DNA of 41,996 bases, from contig JBCCKZ010000001.1 of assembly GCA_039027135.1 (NCBI GenBank), positions 1 through 41,996 on the forward strand, given 5' to 3'. This document shows positions 25,202 through 35,223 of this stretch, piece after piece. Numbering within the stretch: position 1 is the stretch's first letter; each line of letters opens with the position of its first letter. The notes under the pieces are model-generated. The model was given only the letters and a program-made list of their open reading frames with translations. It was not told the DNA's origin and made no database searches. Source of the DNA: Planctomycetota bacterium (lineage in GTDB: Bacteria; Planctomycetota; Planctomycetia; Pirellulales; Pirellulaceae). A program made the position numbers and the translations under genes.

Positions 25202-26796
25202 AGCAATTCTCCGAGCTGTATCGTCGCCTCGACTCAACAACGAAAACGAACGAGAAGATTGAAGCGATGGTGGAATATTTCTCCACCGCTGAGCCCAAGG
25301 ACATCGCTTGGGCAGTTCATTTTCTTTCGGGGGCCAAACTGAGGCGGCAATTGCCATCACGATTACTTCGCGCAATTGCCGCGGAGCAGGCCGGCATTCC
25401 CGACTGGCTACTTGATGAATGCTACCACGTGGTGGGCGATCTGGCGGAGACACTATCGTTGGCAGTTCCGCCCGGAAACTCAACCAGCGACCAATCGCTG
25501 CACTGGTGGGTTGAAGAGCGACTCAAGCCGATTGCCTCGATGGGCGAGGATGAGCAAATCGATGCGGTCAAAGCCATTTGGTCTGAAACACCGCCTGGCA
25601 TGCGTCTGGTCATCATGAAGTTAGTAACGGGAGCTTTTCGGGTGGGGGTCAGCAAAAGGTTGGTGACTCGCGCGTTAGCCAAGCATTGCAACCTATCCCC
25701 CGACGTGATTGCCCATCGACTAATGGGTGATTGGCAGCCCAGTGAGTCGTTCTATGAATCGTTGGTGCACCCGGATGACGGGGACACTCTGATCAGCCAA
25801 CCCTATCCGTTCTGTTTGGCCCACCCACTGGACATTGACGGTGACCCGGCTGATCTGGGGTCCGTTGAAGAGTATGCCGCCGAATGGAAATGGGATGGCA
25901 TTCGTGGGCAAGTCATTCGTCGACAGGGTGAAACATTCATTTGGTCACGTGGCGAAGATTTGATGGAGAATCGTTGGCCCGAAATTGAAGACGCGGCCCA
26001 GACATTACCTGATGGCACGGTCATCGATGGTGAGATCCTCGCGTCGTTGCAAGACGGAACCGTTTTGCCGTTTGGTCAATTGCAACGACGAATTGGAAGG
26101 AAAACAGTCGGCAAGAAATTACTCAAAGAGGTTCCTGTAATCTTCCACACCTTTGATCTGCTGGAACTTGGCGGTGAAGACTTGCGCAGCCAACCACTGG
26201 AAACACGCAGGAAGCGTCTAGAAGAACTTTTGGATCAGATAGACCATCCACACCTGCGGGCCACTGAATGGATCATCAATAAGAGCTGGACTCAACTAGC
26301 AAGCCTTCGCCAAACCAGCCGAGAGCGACACGCTGAAGGGCTGATGCTTAAACGGCTCAATGGTGTCTACGATGTCGGACGTGTCAGAGGCAACTGGTGG
26401 AAATGGAAGATCGAACCCTATACGGTTGATGCGGTATTGATCTACGCGCAAAAAGGTCACGGCAAACGCTCGGGCTTGTTTACCGATTACACCTTTGCCG
26501 TTTGGGACAATGAGAAACTCGTTCCCTTTGCTAGGGCCTACTCAGGCTTGGATGATGCCGAGATCCGAAAGGTCGATCGCTTTATACGCCAAAATACGAA
26601 CGATACGTTTGGCCCCGTTCGCGCAGTGACGCCCGAGCTGGTGATGGAACTTGCATTTGAGGGATTACAACGTAGCAGCCGGCACAAGAGCGGTATTGCG
26701 ACACGTTTTCCACGCATCGTTCGGTGGCGGCATGACAAAAAACCTGTCGATGCGAATACGCTCAGCGAACTATTGGAGATGCTTCCCACTGATTGA
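25198..26796 (+). CDS. ATP-dependent DNA ligase
   Basis: EWKWDGIR (adenylation Lys), IDGE, FDLL, EGLMLK, WWKWK, ARAYSGL, ELAFEG, RFPRI. Confidence 0.93.
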   Translation: MKQFSELYRRLDSTTKTNEKIEAMVEYFSTAEPKDIAWAVHFLSGAKLRRQLPSRLLRAIAAEQAGIPDWLLDECYHVVGDLAETLSLAVPPGNSTSDQSLHWWVEERLKPIASMGEDEQIDAVKAIWSETPPGMRLVIMKLVTGAFRVGVSKRLVTRALAKHCNLSPDVIAHRLMGDWQPSESFYESLVHPDDGDTLISQPYPFCLAHPLDIDGDPADLGSVEEYAAEWKWDGIRGQVIRRQGETFIWSRGEDLMENRWPEIEDAAQTLPDGTVIDGEILASLQDGTVLPFGQLQRRIGRKTVGKKLLKEVPVIFHTFDLLELGGEDLRSQPLETRRKRLEELLDQIDHPHLRATEWIINKSWTQLASLRQTSRERHAEGLMLKRLNGVYDVGRVRGNWWKWKIEPYTVDAVLIYAQKGHGKRSGLFTDYTFAVWDNEKLVPFARAYSGLDDAEIRKVDRFIRQNTNDTFGPVRAVTPELVMELAFEGLQRSSRHKSGIATRFPRIVRWRHDKKPVDANTLSELLEMLPTD

Positions 26797-26833
26797 TAAC
26801 CGATGACCTCTGCGAGGTATTGGCGAGTAGGTA

Positions 26834-26839
26834 TACAAT
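26834..26839 (+). promoter_or_regulatory. Putative sigma70-type -10 box of a leaderless promoter for the UDG gene
   Basis: TACAAT ends 6 nt (cggcga) before ATG 26846, with no Shine-Dalgarno sequence in between. Confidence 0.5.
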
Positions 26840-26845
26840 CGGCGA

Positions 26846-27808
26846 ATGACGTCTAGAGAACCTAACAACGCATCAGCTGCACTCGCCCGGGAAGAGATTC
26901 GCCGCTCGGCGGCGGCTATGGTGGATCACCTGAAGCGACTTGGTCTAGAGATGCTTCCGATACACGATCCCAGGAACGTGGAGCGTCTGACTGGAGTCTG
27001 GGTTAGCCAAGAAGAACCGCTGGCCGCCGCCTCCGATGTCGTGGCGAAAACCACCGGACCTAGTCCTTCGACCGCGACACGAACCGAGTCGGTTAGCAAC
27101 AAAAGCAAGACATTGCTTGGCACCGCGCCGTCTTCATCCTTGGCTCAACCATCCTCCCAACGGACGGGTGGACGCCTCACGACCGTCGATGCTTTCCATG
27201 CAGCGGAAGGTGAGTACCCGGGAACCAACCTATCGGCAGCTGAGCGAGAGACCCTCCTCAACAAACTCGCTGACGAGGTTGACGAATGCACGAAATGCGA
27301 CACCCTCGCGGCGACTCGAAATCGAACCGTCTTTGGTGAGGGAAGCATCACCCCCCGATTTGTATTCCTCGGAGAAGCTCCGGGAGCCGACGAGGATCGC
27401 AGCGGCCGCCCGTTTGTTGGTCGCGCCGGCCAGCTCCTGACGAAGATGATTTCCGCCTGCAATATTGATCGTGAAGATTGCTTCATTCTCAACACGATCA
27501 AATGCCGACCACCCGGAAATCGCAACCCAGAGCCGGGCGAATTGTCGAGTTGCCGCGGATACTACCAGCAACAACTATCGATTCTTCGACCTGAATACGT
27601 GGTTTGTCTCGGTGCCGTCTCGGCCAAGGAGCTTCTCTCGAGCACGCTTTCGGTGGGACGCTTGCGAGGAAAACTGCATTCGTATTACTCAAGCAAAGTT
27701 CTGGTGACCTACCACCCCGCCTACCTGCTACGTAATCCAGATGCAAAAAAAGCCGCCTGGCAGGACCTTCAGCTCATGATGGCAGATGCAGGATTGAGTC
27801 CGGCATAG
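26846..27808 (+). CDS. Uracil-DNA glycosylase family 4 (Fe-S) with a long N-terminal extension
   Basis: CTKC, VFGEG, FLGEAPGADED, GRPFVGRAGQLL, NTIKCRPPGNRNP, TYHPAYLLRNP. Confidence 0.92.
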   Translation: MTSREPNNASAALAREEIRRSAAAMVDHLKRLGLEMLPIHDPRNVERLTGVWVSQEEPLAAASDVVAKTTGPSPSTATRTESVSNKSKTLLGTAPSSSLAQPSSQRTGGRLTTVDAFHAAEGEYPGTNLSAAERETLLNKLADEVDECTKCDTLAATRNRTVFGEGSITPRFVFLGEAPGADEDRSGRPFVGRAGQLLTKMISACNIDREDCFILNTIKCRPPGNRNPEPGELSSCRGYYQQQLSILRPEYVVCLGAVSAKELLSSTLSVGRLRGKLHSYYSSKVLVTYHPAYLLRNPDAKKAAWQDLQLMMADAGLSPA

Positions 27809-27881
27809 CCCATTCCATTCATTTTCCGATATCATGAGGGTCTATTTCATACTCACTCGATGATCGCCCGCGAGCCAATTC

Positions 27882-28841
27882 ATGCAACCCTGGACCGTAA
27901 TTGTTGGCACCGTGACCCTGGTGCTATTCGTCTTTGTGCTGGTTATTGGGGCCCTTTTTGTTCGCTACATCAAGCTGTGGTTTCAGGCACTCATGTCGGG
28001 CGCGGATGTACCATTCTTGAACCTCGTTCGGATGCACCTAACCAAGGTCAACCCGAACGTGATCGTGCAAGCCAAGGTGATGGCAGCCCAAGCGGATCTT
28101 TCCATTGATCGGACGCACGGAATTAGTACCAATCGTTTGGAAACGCACTACTTGGCCGGCGGCAATGTGATGAATGTGATCCACGCAATCATCGCAGCTC
28201 ACCGAGCTCAGATTCCACTCGACTTTGATCAGGCGGCCGCGATCGACCTCGCCGGTCGTGATGTTCTCGACGCCGTGCAGACAAGCGTCTATCCCAAGGT
28301 GATCGATTGCCCCGATCCCGGACGCAGTGGAAAGACCACACTCAGTGCGATCACCAAGAACGGTATCGAGTTGCGTGTAAGAGCCCGAGTTACCGTTCGC
28401 ACGAACATCCAACAACTTATCGGCGGTGCGACTGAAGACACAATCATTGCACGGGTCGGTGAAGCCATCATTAGTTCAATTGGTTCAGCCGACACCCACT
28501 TCGATGTTTTGGAGAATCCAGACATGATCACTCGCAAGGTTCTCTCGCGAGGCCTTGATGCGCAAACGGCATTTGAGATTGTGTCGATCGACATCGCGGA
28601 CATCGATGTCGGCGAAAATATTGGTGCACGCCTTCAGAACGACCAAGCGGAAGCGGACACTCGAGTAGCACAAGCAGCAGCTGAACGTCGCCGAAGTGAG
28701 GCCATTGCCGAAGAGCAACAGATGAAAGCTCGTGTGACAGAGAACCGTTCGACATTGGTGTTGGCCGAGGCTGAAGTCCCGCGTGCGATGGCGGAGGCTT
28801 TCAAGGCGGGACGCATCACGACAGGCCAAAACGGCGTTTGA
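27882..28841 (+). CDS. floA: Flotillin-like protein FloA (YqfA family)
   Basis: N-terminal TM helix; [77 protein letters not shown]. Confidence 0.9.
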   Translation: MQPWTVIVGTVTLVLFVFVLVIGALFVRYIKLWFQALMSGADVPFLNLVRMHLTKVNPNVIVQAKVMAAQADLSIDRTHGISTNRLETHYLAGGNVMNVIHAIIAAHRAQIPLDFDQAAAIDLAGRDVLDAVQTSVYPKVIDCPDPGRSGKTTLSAITKNGIELRVRARVTVRTNIQQLIGGATEDTIIARVGEAIISSIGSADTHFDVLENPDMITRKVLSRGLDAQTAFEIVSIDIADIDVGENIGARLQNDQAEADTRVAQAAAERRRSEAIAEEQQMKARVTENRSTLVLAEAEVPRAMAEAFKAGRITTGQNGV

Positions 28842-28878
28842 CAACCGTCATTCAACGAACGCTTTGAAAAGTTAAGTC

Positions 28879-29664
28879 GTGCCCCGCACCTCAAGTCGCG
28901 TCCAGTTTAAGAATCCGCGAGGACTCAATCTTGCTGGCATCGTTGACCATGCGAGCATATCGGACGAAGCACCGACACCAATCGTCGTGTTTTCGCACTG
29001 CTTTACCTGCAGTAAAGATCTCAAGGCGATTGTTCGGATCAGTCGTCGAATGGCCGAAGCGGGTACAACAGTCCTGCGTTATGACATGACGGGTCTGGGA
29101 GGCAGCGAAGGAGACTTTAGCTCGACTCATTTTTCTTCGAACATCGAAGATCTCAGGTCGGCGATTGATTTTGCCAATCAATCAATCGGTCCTGTCACGG
29201 CACTCTTGGGACACAGCTTCGGAGGTGCAGCGTCACTAGCAATAGCCGCGACTGATTCTCGATCCCTCGGGTTGAGGGGTGTCATGACATTAGCGGCACC
29301 AAGCGACACCGTGCACCTCGCTGAGCTTCTGATTCAAATGAACCCCGCCATCGATTTAGGCGATCGGCTGGGCGAGGTGTCTATTGGTGGGCGGGATTGG
29401 ATGATCACCGGCGAGATGATTGATGACTTTCGAAGTCACGACTTGGTTCAACTTCTACCAAGTCTGGATATTCCGGCTCTGCTAATGCACTCGCCCCGTG
29501 ATGAGACAGTGCCTTTCGGGCATATGAAAACGATTGCCGATTCGATAGGAGCCGATGCTTCAACCATCATCTTGCACGGTGCCGATCACCTGCTTTCAAG
29601 TCAGACGGACATTGAATACGTCGCCGACCTGGCAGCCGCGTTTGCCTCACGACTGGCCAACTAG
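28879..29664 (+). CDS. Alpha/beta hydrolase, resembling the N-terminal half of hydrolase/OsmC fusions but without the OsmC domain
   Basis: FSHCFTCSKD, LRYDMTGLGGSEGDF, GHSFGG (nucleophile), HSPRDETV, GADHLL. Confidence 0.85.
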   Translation: MPRTSSRVQFKNPRGLNLAGIVDHASISDEAPTPIVVFSHCFTCSKDLKAIVRISRRMAEAGTTVLRYDMTGLGGSEGDFSSTHFSSNIEDLRSAIDFANQSIGPVTALLGHSFGGAASLAIAATDSRSLGLRGVMTLAAPSDTVHLAELLIQMNPAIDLGDRLGEVSIGGRDWMITGEMIDDFRSHDLVQLLPSLDIPALLMHSPRDETVPFGHMKTIADSIGADASTIILHGADHLLSSQTDIEYVADLAAAFASRLAN

Positions 29665-29844
29665 TCACGACGCCAACGCCGTTCGTCGCTGGCAAAATCG
29701 ATTCAATCGATAAACACGCCTCATCTGTTTAGATCGGTCCCCAAGAGGAATCGGCGACAAGCACTTCAGGCATCGACTACGGTTCGCCAGCATCGATGAC
29801 CTAGGTTTCGAATGATGTACCATTCCGAGGCCATTGTTAGACCG

Positions 29845-30255
29845 ATGTACCATCGCAAACAACTTAATTTGAACTCAACGCCACGAGGCACGGCCGTCAC
29901 CGAACTAGCCATTTGTCTCCCACTGCTTGTTTTGATCACACTTGGGACCGTGGAAGCCTGTTCGATGCTGTATCTTCAGCAGAAACTTGAGACAGCTGCC
30001 TATGAAGGGTCTCGAGTCGGATGCGTCCCAGATGCAACTGCCGCGAACGTACGATACCAGTGCGAGACGCTGCTTGATGCCCAATCGGTCAACGACTACG
30101 TGATCACGTTGAATCCGTCTGACCCCGCCAGCTTGCAACAAGGCGAGTTCCTTCGAGTCAGCATTGAAGCTCCCTGTAATACCAACTCAGTCATCGGTGG
30201 GTGGTTTTACATGGGCAGACTTCTTTCTGGCGACGCCTCACTAAGTAAGGAATAG
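29845..30255 (+). CDS. tadE: TadE-like pseudopilin
   Basis: Prepilin motif PRG/TAVTELAICLPLLVLITLGTVE, then AAYEGSRVG. Alternative start at 29812. Confidence 0.85.
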   Translation: MYHRKQLNLNSTPRGTAVTELAICLPLLVLITLGTVEACSMLYLQQKLETAAYEGSRVGCVPDATAANVRYQCETLLDAQSVNDYVITLNPSDPASLQQGEFLRVSIEAPCNTNSVIGGWFYMGRLLSGDASLSKE

Positions 30256-30259
30256 ACTG

Positions 30260-31399
30260 ATGAATCTCTCGAAAGAAATCTCCGGCGTTTGCGATCGACG
30301 ACGCGGCGCGATGATGGCAATGATCGTGATTCTACTGCCTGTACTGCTCAGTCTCGCGGCATTGGCGATCAACCTGGTTTACATTGAGCTTTGTAGTACT
30401 CAAGTACAAATCGCTACCGACGCCTCAGCACATGCAGCCAGCCGGGCTCTTGCCACAACAAAGAGCCGCAGCGAGGCTTTGAACGCAGCCAATGCAGCCT
30501 CCGCCCAGAACCCCGTTGGTGATCAGGTCATCACATTCTCGAACGGCGACTTGGAACTTGGTGTTGCGACCCGTGCCAGCGTAGGTGATGAGTATTCTTT
30601 TGCACCGACCGGCGACGCCACAGTCGCGAATTCCGTGCGAATGACTGCGAAATCTTTCATGGCTAGTTCCAACGGTGGATTCGCTCCGTTGTTTCCGTTC
30701 CTTGGCAACTCTTACCGAATTCGACCCCAGAAAACGGCCACGGTAACCCAGGGGGTTGTTGATATTTCACTGGTGATCGATCGCAGTGGATCGATGGCAT
30801 ATGCCGCCAACGAGATTGCCGCTTATCCACCCGCCCCCGCGGCGGCTCCGGCAGATTGGGAGTTTGGAGATCCCGTACCAAGGGATGCACGTTGGCTTGA
30901 CCTAGTCGCCGCAACGAGAGTGTTCCTGGATGAACTGCAAAGCAACGGCAATGAAGAGCAGGTTTCGCTTACAACCTACTCAGACGCGGCAACGACACCT
31001 GTCCAACTAACGACTCAGTTCGATCAAATTACGAACCAGCTTGATCTGATCTCAACTTCATACGCATCCGGTGCGACGAACATCACACAAGGATTGGTTG
31101 AAGGTGCAGCAGCACTGACCAACCCAAGCTTGTCACGCGACCATGCTCAACAAGTTTTGGTTTTGATGACTGATGGCGTTTACAACCTAGGCGGGTCCCC
31201 AAAATGGAAAGCGGGGAACATCGCGGATCAAGGTGTCATGCTTTACCTAATCACTTTTAGCAACGAAGCTGACACTGCATTGATGCAGACCATCGTTCGA
31301 GATCATGGAGCCGTGCACATCCACGCTGACAGTGGCGCAGCTTTGCGTGAAGCCTTTCGGGAAGTCGCGCGTCGAATACCCACACTGCTTACCAACTAG
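30260..31399 (+). CDS. tadG: TadG-like pilus protein with a von Willebrand factor A domain
   Basis: RRRGAMMAMIVILLPVLL...ATDASAHAA (Tad N-terminus); MIDAS elements DISLVIDRSGSM, GATNI, VLMTDG. Confidence 0.82.
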   Translation: MNLSKEISGVCDRRRGAMMAMIVILLPVLLSLAALAINLVYIELCSTQVQIATDASAHAASRALATTKSRSEALNAANAASAQNPVGDQVITFSNGDLELGVATRASVGDEYSFAPTGDATVANSVRMTAKSFMASSNGGFAPLFPFLGNSYRIRPQKTATVTQGVVDISLVIDRSGSMAYAANEIAAYPPAPAAAPADWEFGDPVPRDARWLDLVAATRVFLDELQSNGNEEQVSLTTYSDAATTPVQLTTQFDQITNQLDLISTSYASGATNITQGLVEGAAALTNPSLSRDHAQQVLVLMTDGVYNLGGSPKWKAGNIADQGVMLYLITFSNEADTALMQTIVRDHGAVHIHADSGAALREAFREVARRIPTLLTN

Positions 31400-31413
31400 A
31401 TAAGCCAAACCGC

Positions 31414-32034
31414 ATGAATCTTGTTATGAAACCTAAACGAAACGGGGCAGCAGCCGTCGAGTTTGCCGTCGCAGCTACCGTGCTTGTGTTCTTCCTGTTT
31501 GCGGCTCTTGAATTTTACCGGACCTCAATGCTGCGGCAATCAGCCGAACATGCCGCCTACTTAGCGACACGACGGGCGATCGTTCCCGGTGCCGACACTC
31601 AAGATGCCATTGATGCTGCGGAAGCTCATCTCGCCCTAATGGGAATTCAAAACGCATCAATCCAGATCGATCCCACGGTTCTGGTCGAATCGAGCGGCCA
31701 TTTGCAAGCGACCGTGACCATTCCAGTACCTGAAAACAGCTACATCATCCCCGACTACTTTTCGGGCAATGTTGCAGGCATGGCAAAGATGATGACGGAA
31801 CGTCCTCCCCAGAAAATGGCGCAGGTCCTACCAACTCCCCCTCCTCCTCCTCCGCCACCACCACCGCCACCCGCGCCGACACCTCCTTCGACTGGCGATG
31901 ATGATGACGACGATGATGATGATGGTAGCGATGACGACGATGATGATGGCGGATCGACACCAGCACCAACGCCTCCTCCAACACCGCCGAGTCCTTCACC
32001 AACGCCTCCTCCTCCACCACGTCCATTGCTCTAG
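31414..32034 (+). CDS. tadE: TadE-like pseudopilin with a Pro/Asp low-complexity C-terminal tail
   Basis: KRNG/AAAVEFAVAATVLVFFLFAALE, AAYLATRRAIVPGA; tail of poly-Pro, D9-GS-D6, then Pro/Thr/Ser-rich. Confidence 0.85.
   Translation: MNLVMKPKRNGAAAVEFAVAATVLVFFLFAALEFYRTSMLRQSAEHAAYLATRRAIVPGADTQDAIDAAEAHLALMGIQNASIQIDPTVLVESSGHLQATVTIPVPENSYIIPDYFSGNVAGMAKMMTERPPQKMAQVLPTPPPPPPPPPPPPAPTPPSTGDDDDDDDDDGSDDDDDDGGSTPAPTPPPTPPSPSPTPPPPPRPLL
31831..32025 (+). repeat. CCN and GAY trinucleotide low-complexity tract (poly-Pro / poly-Asp / Pro-rich)
   Basis: A cct/ccg/cca run from 31831, gat/gac runs at 31897-31923 and 31930-31947, then a second Pro-rich block. Confidence 0.9.
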
Positions 32035-32297
32035 ATCAAATTCCAGAGTGAGTTACACGGCGTGGCCGGCCGGCAAACGAGTAAGGATCCAAAGCTGCCA
32101 GTTCAGTTTCGCAATTCTTAGGCCAGCGTCTGCAGCGAACAGCCAAAGTTTTACGCGGGCAATTGCTTGATTTGACGGATCAAGTCCGACATGTTGGTCG
32201 TTTTCGGACTGGTTGTGGTATTCTCTACGGGAGGCTTTTTGAAGGTCTCTAAGAGTGTCTTTGTGTCGTCGCAACAATCCGATTCTGGGCCGTCCTC

Positions 32298-32861
32298 ATG
32301 GTCATGACCTACTTCAAACGCTTCCAAATGGAGTTAGCGTTTGATCCAGATCGATTGGAGACATTGCTAAGTGACGAGGTGCCTCTGCCCGCTGGCTACG
32401 AAATGGTTCCATTCAGTCGAGGTATCTTGAAGGAACACGCGACGGCGAAGTACGAAAGCTTTCGAAGCGAACTTGACTGCCACGTGTTTGCTTGCCTGGG
32501 AAAGTTGGATGGTTGTCTTCGGCTCATGCGAGAGATTGCCGGACGTGGAAATTTTCTGCCGGAGTCGACTTGGCTGGGTCGCTACCGAGACCCATCAACC
32601 GGTCACCACCAACCTGTCGCGACCATTCAAGCGATTGAGACCGACCAGTGGGCATCCATTCAAAACGTTGGAGTCGTTCCCGAGCATCGAAACCGACGCC
32701 TTGGCGAAATACTCATTCGTCTTGCGGCTCGCGGAGCCGCCTCTTCTGGTTTGCGTGGCTTACAGCTAGAGGTCACACGCGAAAACATTGCGGCGATTAG
32801 ATTCTACGAACGCCTCGGGTTTCGTCAGACCAAGACGCTATACAAGGCATGCGAAGTTTGA
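32298..32861 (+). CDS. GNAT family N-acetyltransferase
   Basis: IQNVGVVPEHRNRRLG (motif A) and LEVTRENIAAIRFYERLGF (motif B). Confidence 0.88.
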   Translation: MVMTYFKRFQMELAFDPDRLETLLSDEVPLPAGYEMVPFSRGILKEHATAKYESFRSELDCHVFACLGKLDGCLRLMREIAGRGNFLPESTWLGRYRDPSTGHHQPVATIQAIETDQWASIQNVGVVPEHRNRRLGEILIRLAARGAASSGLRGLQLEVTRENIAAIRFYERLGFRQTKTLYKACEV

Positions 32862-34147
32862 CTCGCCGATTTGTCTTCTTTACCGCTGGTGCAGCCGGTA
32901 TGTATTGCGGATCGTGCATGCACGACAACGCCCTGGCAAAGGCAATCATTGCTGAAGGACACGAATGCCTTTTGCAACCGCTGTACACTCCCATCCGCTC
33001 AGATGAAACCAGTATCGCAAGCGACAATGTATTTTTTGGCGGCATTCATATTTATGCGCTGCAGAAGATGCCTTGGCTAAGTAGCCTTCCGCGGTTTGCC
33101 AGACGATGGCTCGATTCCCCGAGATTACTCCGACGCATCACCGCTGGAGATCACAAGACTTCACCGAAAGCGTTGGGTGAGCTAACGGTCTCAATGATGC
33201 GAGGAACTGATGGTAGACAAGCCGACGAAGTGCGACGTTTGATTCGATGGCTTCGTGATGAGATCAAGCCTGATGCGGTGCTTTACAGTAATTTGCTCAT
33301 CGCCGGATCTTTACCGGCCATTCAAGATGCATTGCCTGACGTTCGTTCAGCGTTAATCCTACAGGGAGACGATATCTTCATTGAGTACCTTCCGGAGCCC
33401 TATCGCCAACAAGTTCTCGACCTCGGGCATAATCTTGTATCTCGCTTTGATCACACATGGTCGAATAGCCGGTTCTACGCAGACTCCATGGCTGACCGTC
33501 TCGCAATCAAAGGATCTTCAATTGAGACCCTACCGCTGACGATTGACATCGGCGCCTATTCAAATCCACCGGCGACCTCTGATGAATCGCCGACGTCATT
33601 TGATCTTGGCTTCCTGGCTCGCATCGCACCGGAAAAAGGCTTGCATCATCTTGTCGATGCATTTTGCCACATGGGCAATGAAGATGAGCATGATGACTTG
33701 CAACTCCACGTTGCAGGCTGGCTCGGCAAAGATCACCAGGACTACCTCGATGAGCAACTTGATAAGATTTCGGCAGCCGGGTTATCGCATCGAATGACCC
33801 ATTACGGATCGATTGATCTCAATGAAAAAGTCCGGTTCTTGAATCGCCTAGACGCCCTGTGCGTGCCAACCGACTACCAAGATCCCAAAGGACTCTTCGC
33901 ACTCGAGTCAATGGCCTCGGGAACGCCGGTCGTATTACCTGATCATGGAGCATTTCCCGAACTGATCCAGTCGACTGGAGGTGGATTGCTATATCGAAGT
34001 GGCGATGATGCAGCACTACGACAAACTCTGACCCGGTTAAAGAATGATCCGGGTCTCAAGCGAGATCTTGCAGAAACTGGCCGCAGAGCCGTTCTCGAAA
34101 AGCACAACATCCAAGTTGCGGCACGTCACGTGCTGGAAAGCCTCTAG
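32849..34147 (+). CDS. Glycosyltransferase family 4
   Basis: N-terminal GAAGMYCGSCMHDN; GFLARIAPEKGL; DPKGLFALESMASGTPVVLPDHGAFPE. Overlaps the GNAT stop; alternative TTG start at 32858. Confidence 0.88.
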   Translation: MRSLTRRFVFFTAGAAGMYCGSCMHDNALAKAIIAEGHECLLQPLYTPIRSDETSIASDNVFFGGIHIYALQKMPWLSSLPRFARRWLDSPRLLRRITAGDHKTSPKALGELTVSMMRGTDGRQADEVRRLIRWLRDEIKPDAVLYSNLLIAGSLPAIQDALPDVRSALILQGDDIFIEYLPEPYRQQVLDLGHNLVSRFDHTWSNSRFYADSMADRLAIKGSSIETLPLTIDIGAYSNPPATSDESPTSFDLGFLARIAPEKGLHHLVDAFCHMGNEDEHDDLQLHVAGWLGKDHQDYLDEQLDKISAAGLSHRMTHYGSIDLNEKVRFLNRLDALCVPTDYQDPKGLFALESMASGTPVVLPDHGAFPELIQSTGGGLLYRSGDDAALRQTLTRLKNDPGLKRDLAETGRRAVLEKHNIQVAARHVLESL

Positions 34148-34172
34148 CCTTCAAGTTTGAACAAACTTGTTG

Positions 34173-35171
34173 CTAGTTCGTGGGAACAGAAAGCATCTTG
34201 CGATACATGCTGATCGCGGCGGGCCCCACCAGAACGACGAAAATTCCAGGAAAGATGAAAACCACGAGAGGGAAGATCATCTTCACGGCAGTCTTTGCCG
34301 CTTTCTCCTCAGCAATCTGACGACGACGTGTCCGCATGGAGTCGGACTGCACTCGAAGAGCCTGCGCGACTGACGAGCCGAACTTATCTGCCTGAATGAG
34401 GATCGAAGCGAGCTGCTTAAGATCATCCACACCGCTCCGGAAACCGAGAGCCTGCAAGACCTCAGCTCGTGTGCGTCCGAACTGCAGTTGTTGGTTAGCG
34501 ATTGCAAATTCCTCGCCGATTTCCTTATGGCTCTTGCTCATTTCGTCGGCGACCTTTCGAAGCGCTTGGTCAATACCAAGCCCCGCTTCCACGCAAACCA
34601 CCATCAAGTCCAAAGCATCGGGTAGACCTAAGAAGACCTTTTCCATGCGTTTCTTCGCCATCATTCCTAGGACCATGGTCGGTCCGAAATAGCCCAGTGC
34701 CAGTCCCATCGCAGCCTTCATGATAAGGCCTTGGGAAAACCCATCCATCATCAAGCCAAAGACACCGCCGATTGCGAGAAAAACTCCAGCGATAATAAGT
34801 TGAAGTCCGCGGAACACGATGGGAGATCGTTCTCTTCGGAAACCGGCCGTGAGCAACTTCTCTCGAAGCTTACTCATTTCTTGCTCGCTACCGGTAACGG
34901 TTTTCTCAAGCGGCTGAGTCACCTTCTCAAGCTGCGAAGCGAGCGCATCACGCTTAGCTTGGCGGCTATTGCCGGCTGACTCATCGTGGCCACCCTTCCG
35001 AGGATCACGACGCAAACGATCCAGTCGCGCCTCGGTAACCGCGGCGTCTTCTTCGCTCGCACGCCCAATAACAAACCAAGCCGCACCGGTCACGGCGATA
35101 AAGATCACGACCGAGATACCGGTTACCACCAGCGATCCGAAGAGCAATGTCGTTGTAGCAAGGATAGCCAT
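34173..35171 (-). CDS. tadC: Tad pilus inner-membrane platform protein TadC (T2SSF family)
   Basis: LPDALDLMVVCVEAGLGIDQAL, ILIQADKFGSSVAQALRVQSD, AEEKAAKTAVKMIFPLV. ATG 35171 is preferred because it avoids overlap with tadB. Confidence 0.9.
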   Translation of the reverse strand: MAILATTTLLFGSLVVTGISVVIFIAVTGAAWFVIGRASEEDAAVTEARLDRLRRDPRKGGHDESAGNSRQAKRDALASQLEKVTQPLEKTVTGSEQEMSKLREKLLTAGFRRERSPIVFRGLQLIIAGVFLAIGGVFGLMMDGFSQGLIMKAAMGLALGYFGPTMVLGMMAKKRMEKVFLGLPDALDLMVVCVEAGLGIDQALRKVADEMSKSHKEIGEEFAIANQQLQFGRTRAEVLQALGFRSGVDDLKQLASILIQADKFGSSVAQALRVQSDSMRTRRRQIAEEKAAKTAVKMIFPLVVFIFPGIFVVLVGPAAISMYRKMLSVPTN

Positions 35172-35223
35172 GATTACGAGCTTGCGAGTAGGTGAATGTT
35201 TGTTAGGAAGAAACTGGTTTGGA

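Noticed and set aside
31745-32170. His-rich and Met-rich ORFs overlapping the tadE tail
   Set aside because: These are alternative-frame shadows of the GAT/CCN trinucleotide tract.
32053-32277. 74-aa minus-strand ORF in the tadE-GNAT gap
   Set aside because: TTG start, no motif, and antisense to both neighbours. It cannot be supported without homology data.
32298-32861. GNAT as the partner usually found beside tail-collar gene triplets
   Set aside because: It is about 19 kb from the collar array and coupled to the GT4 gene; nothing in the sequence links them.
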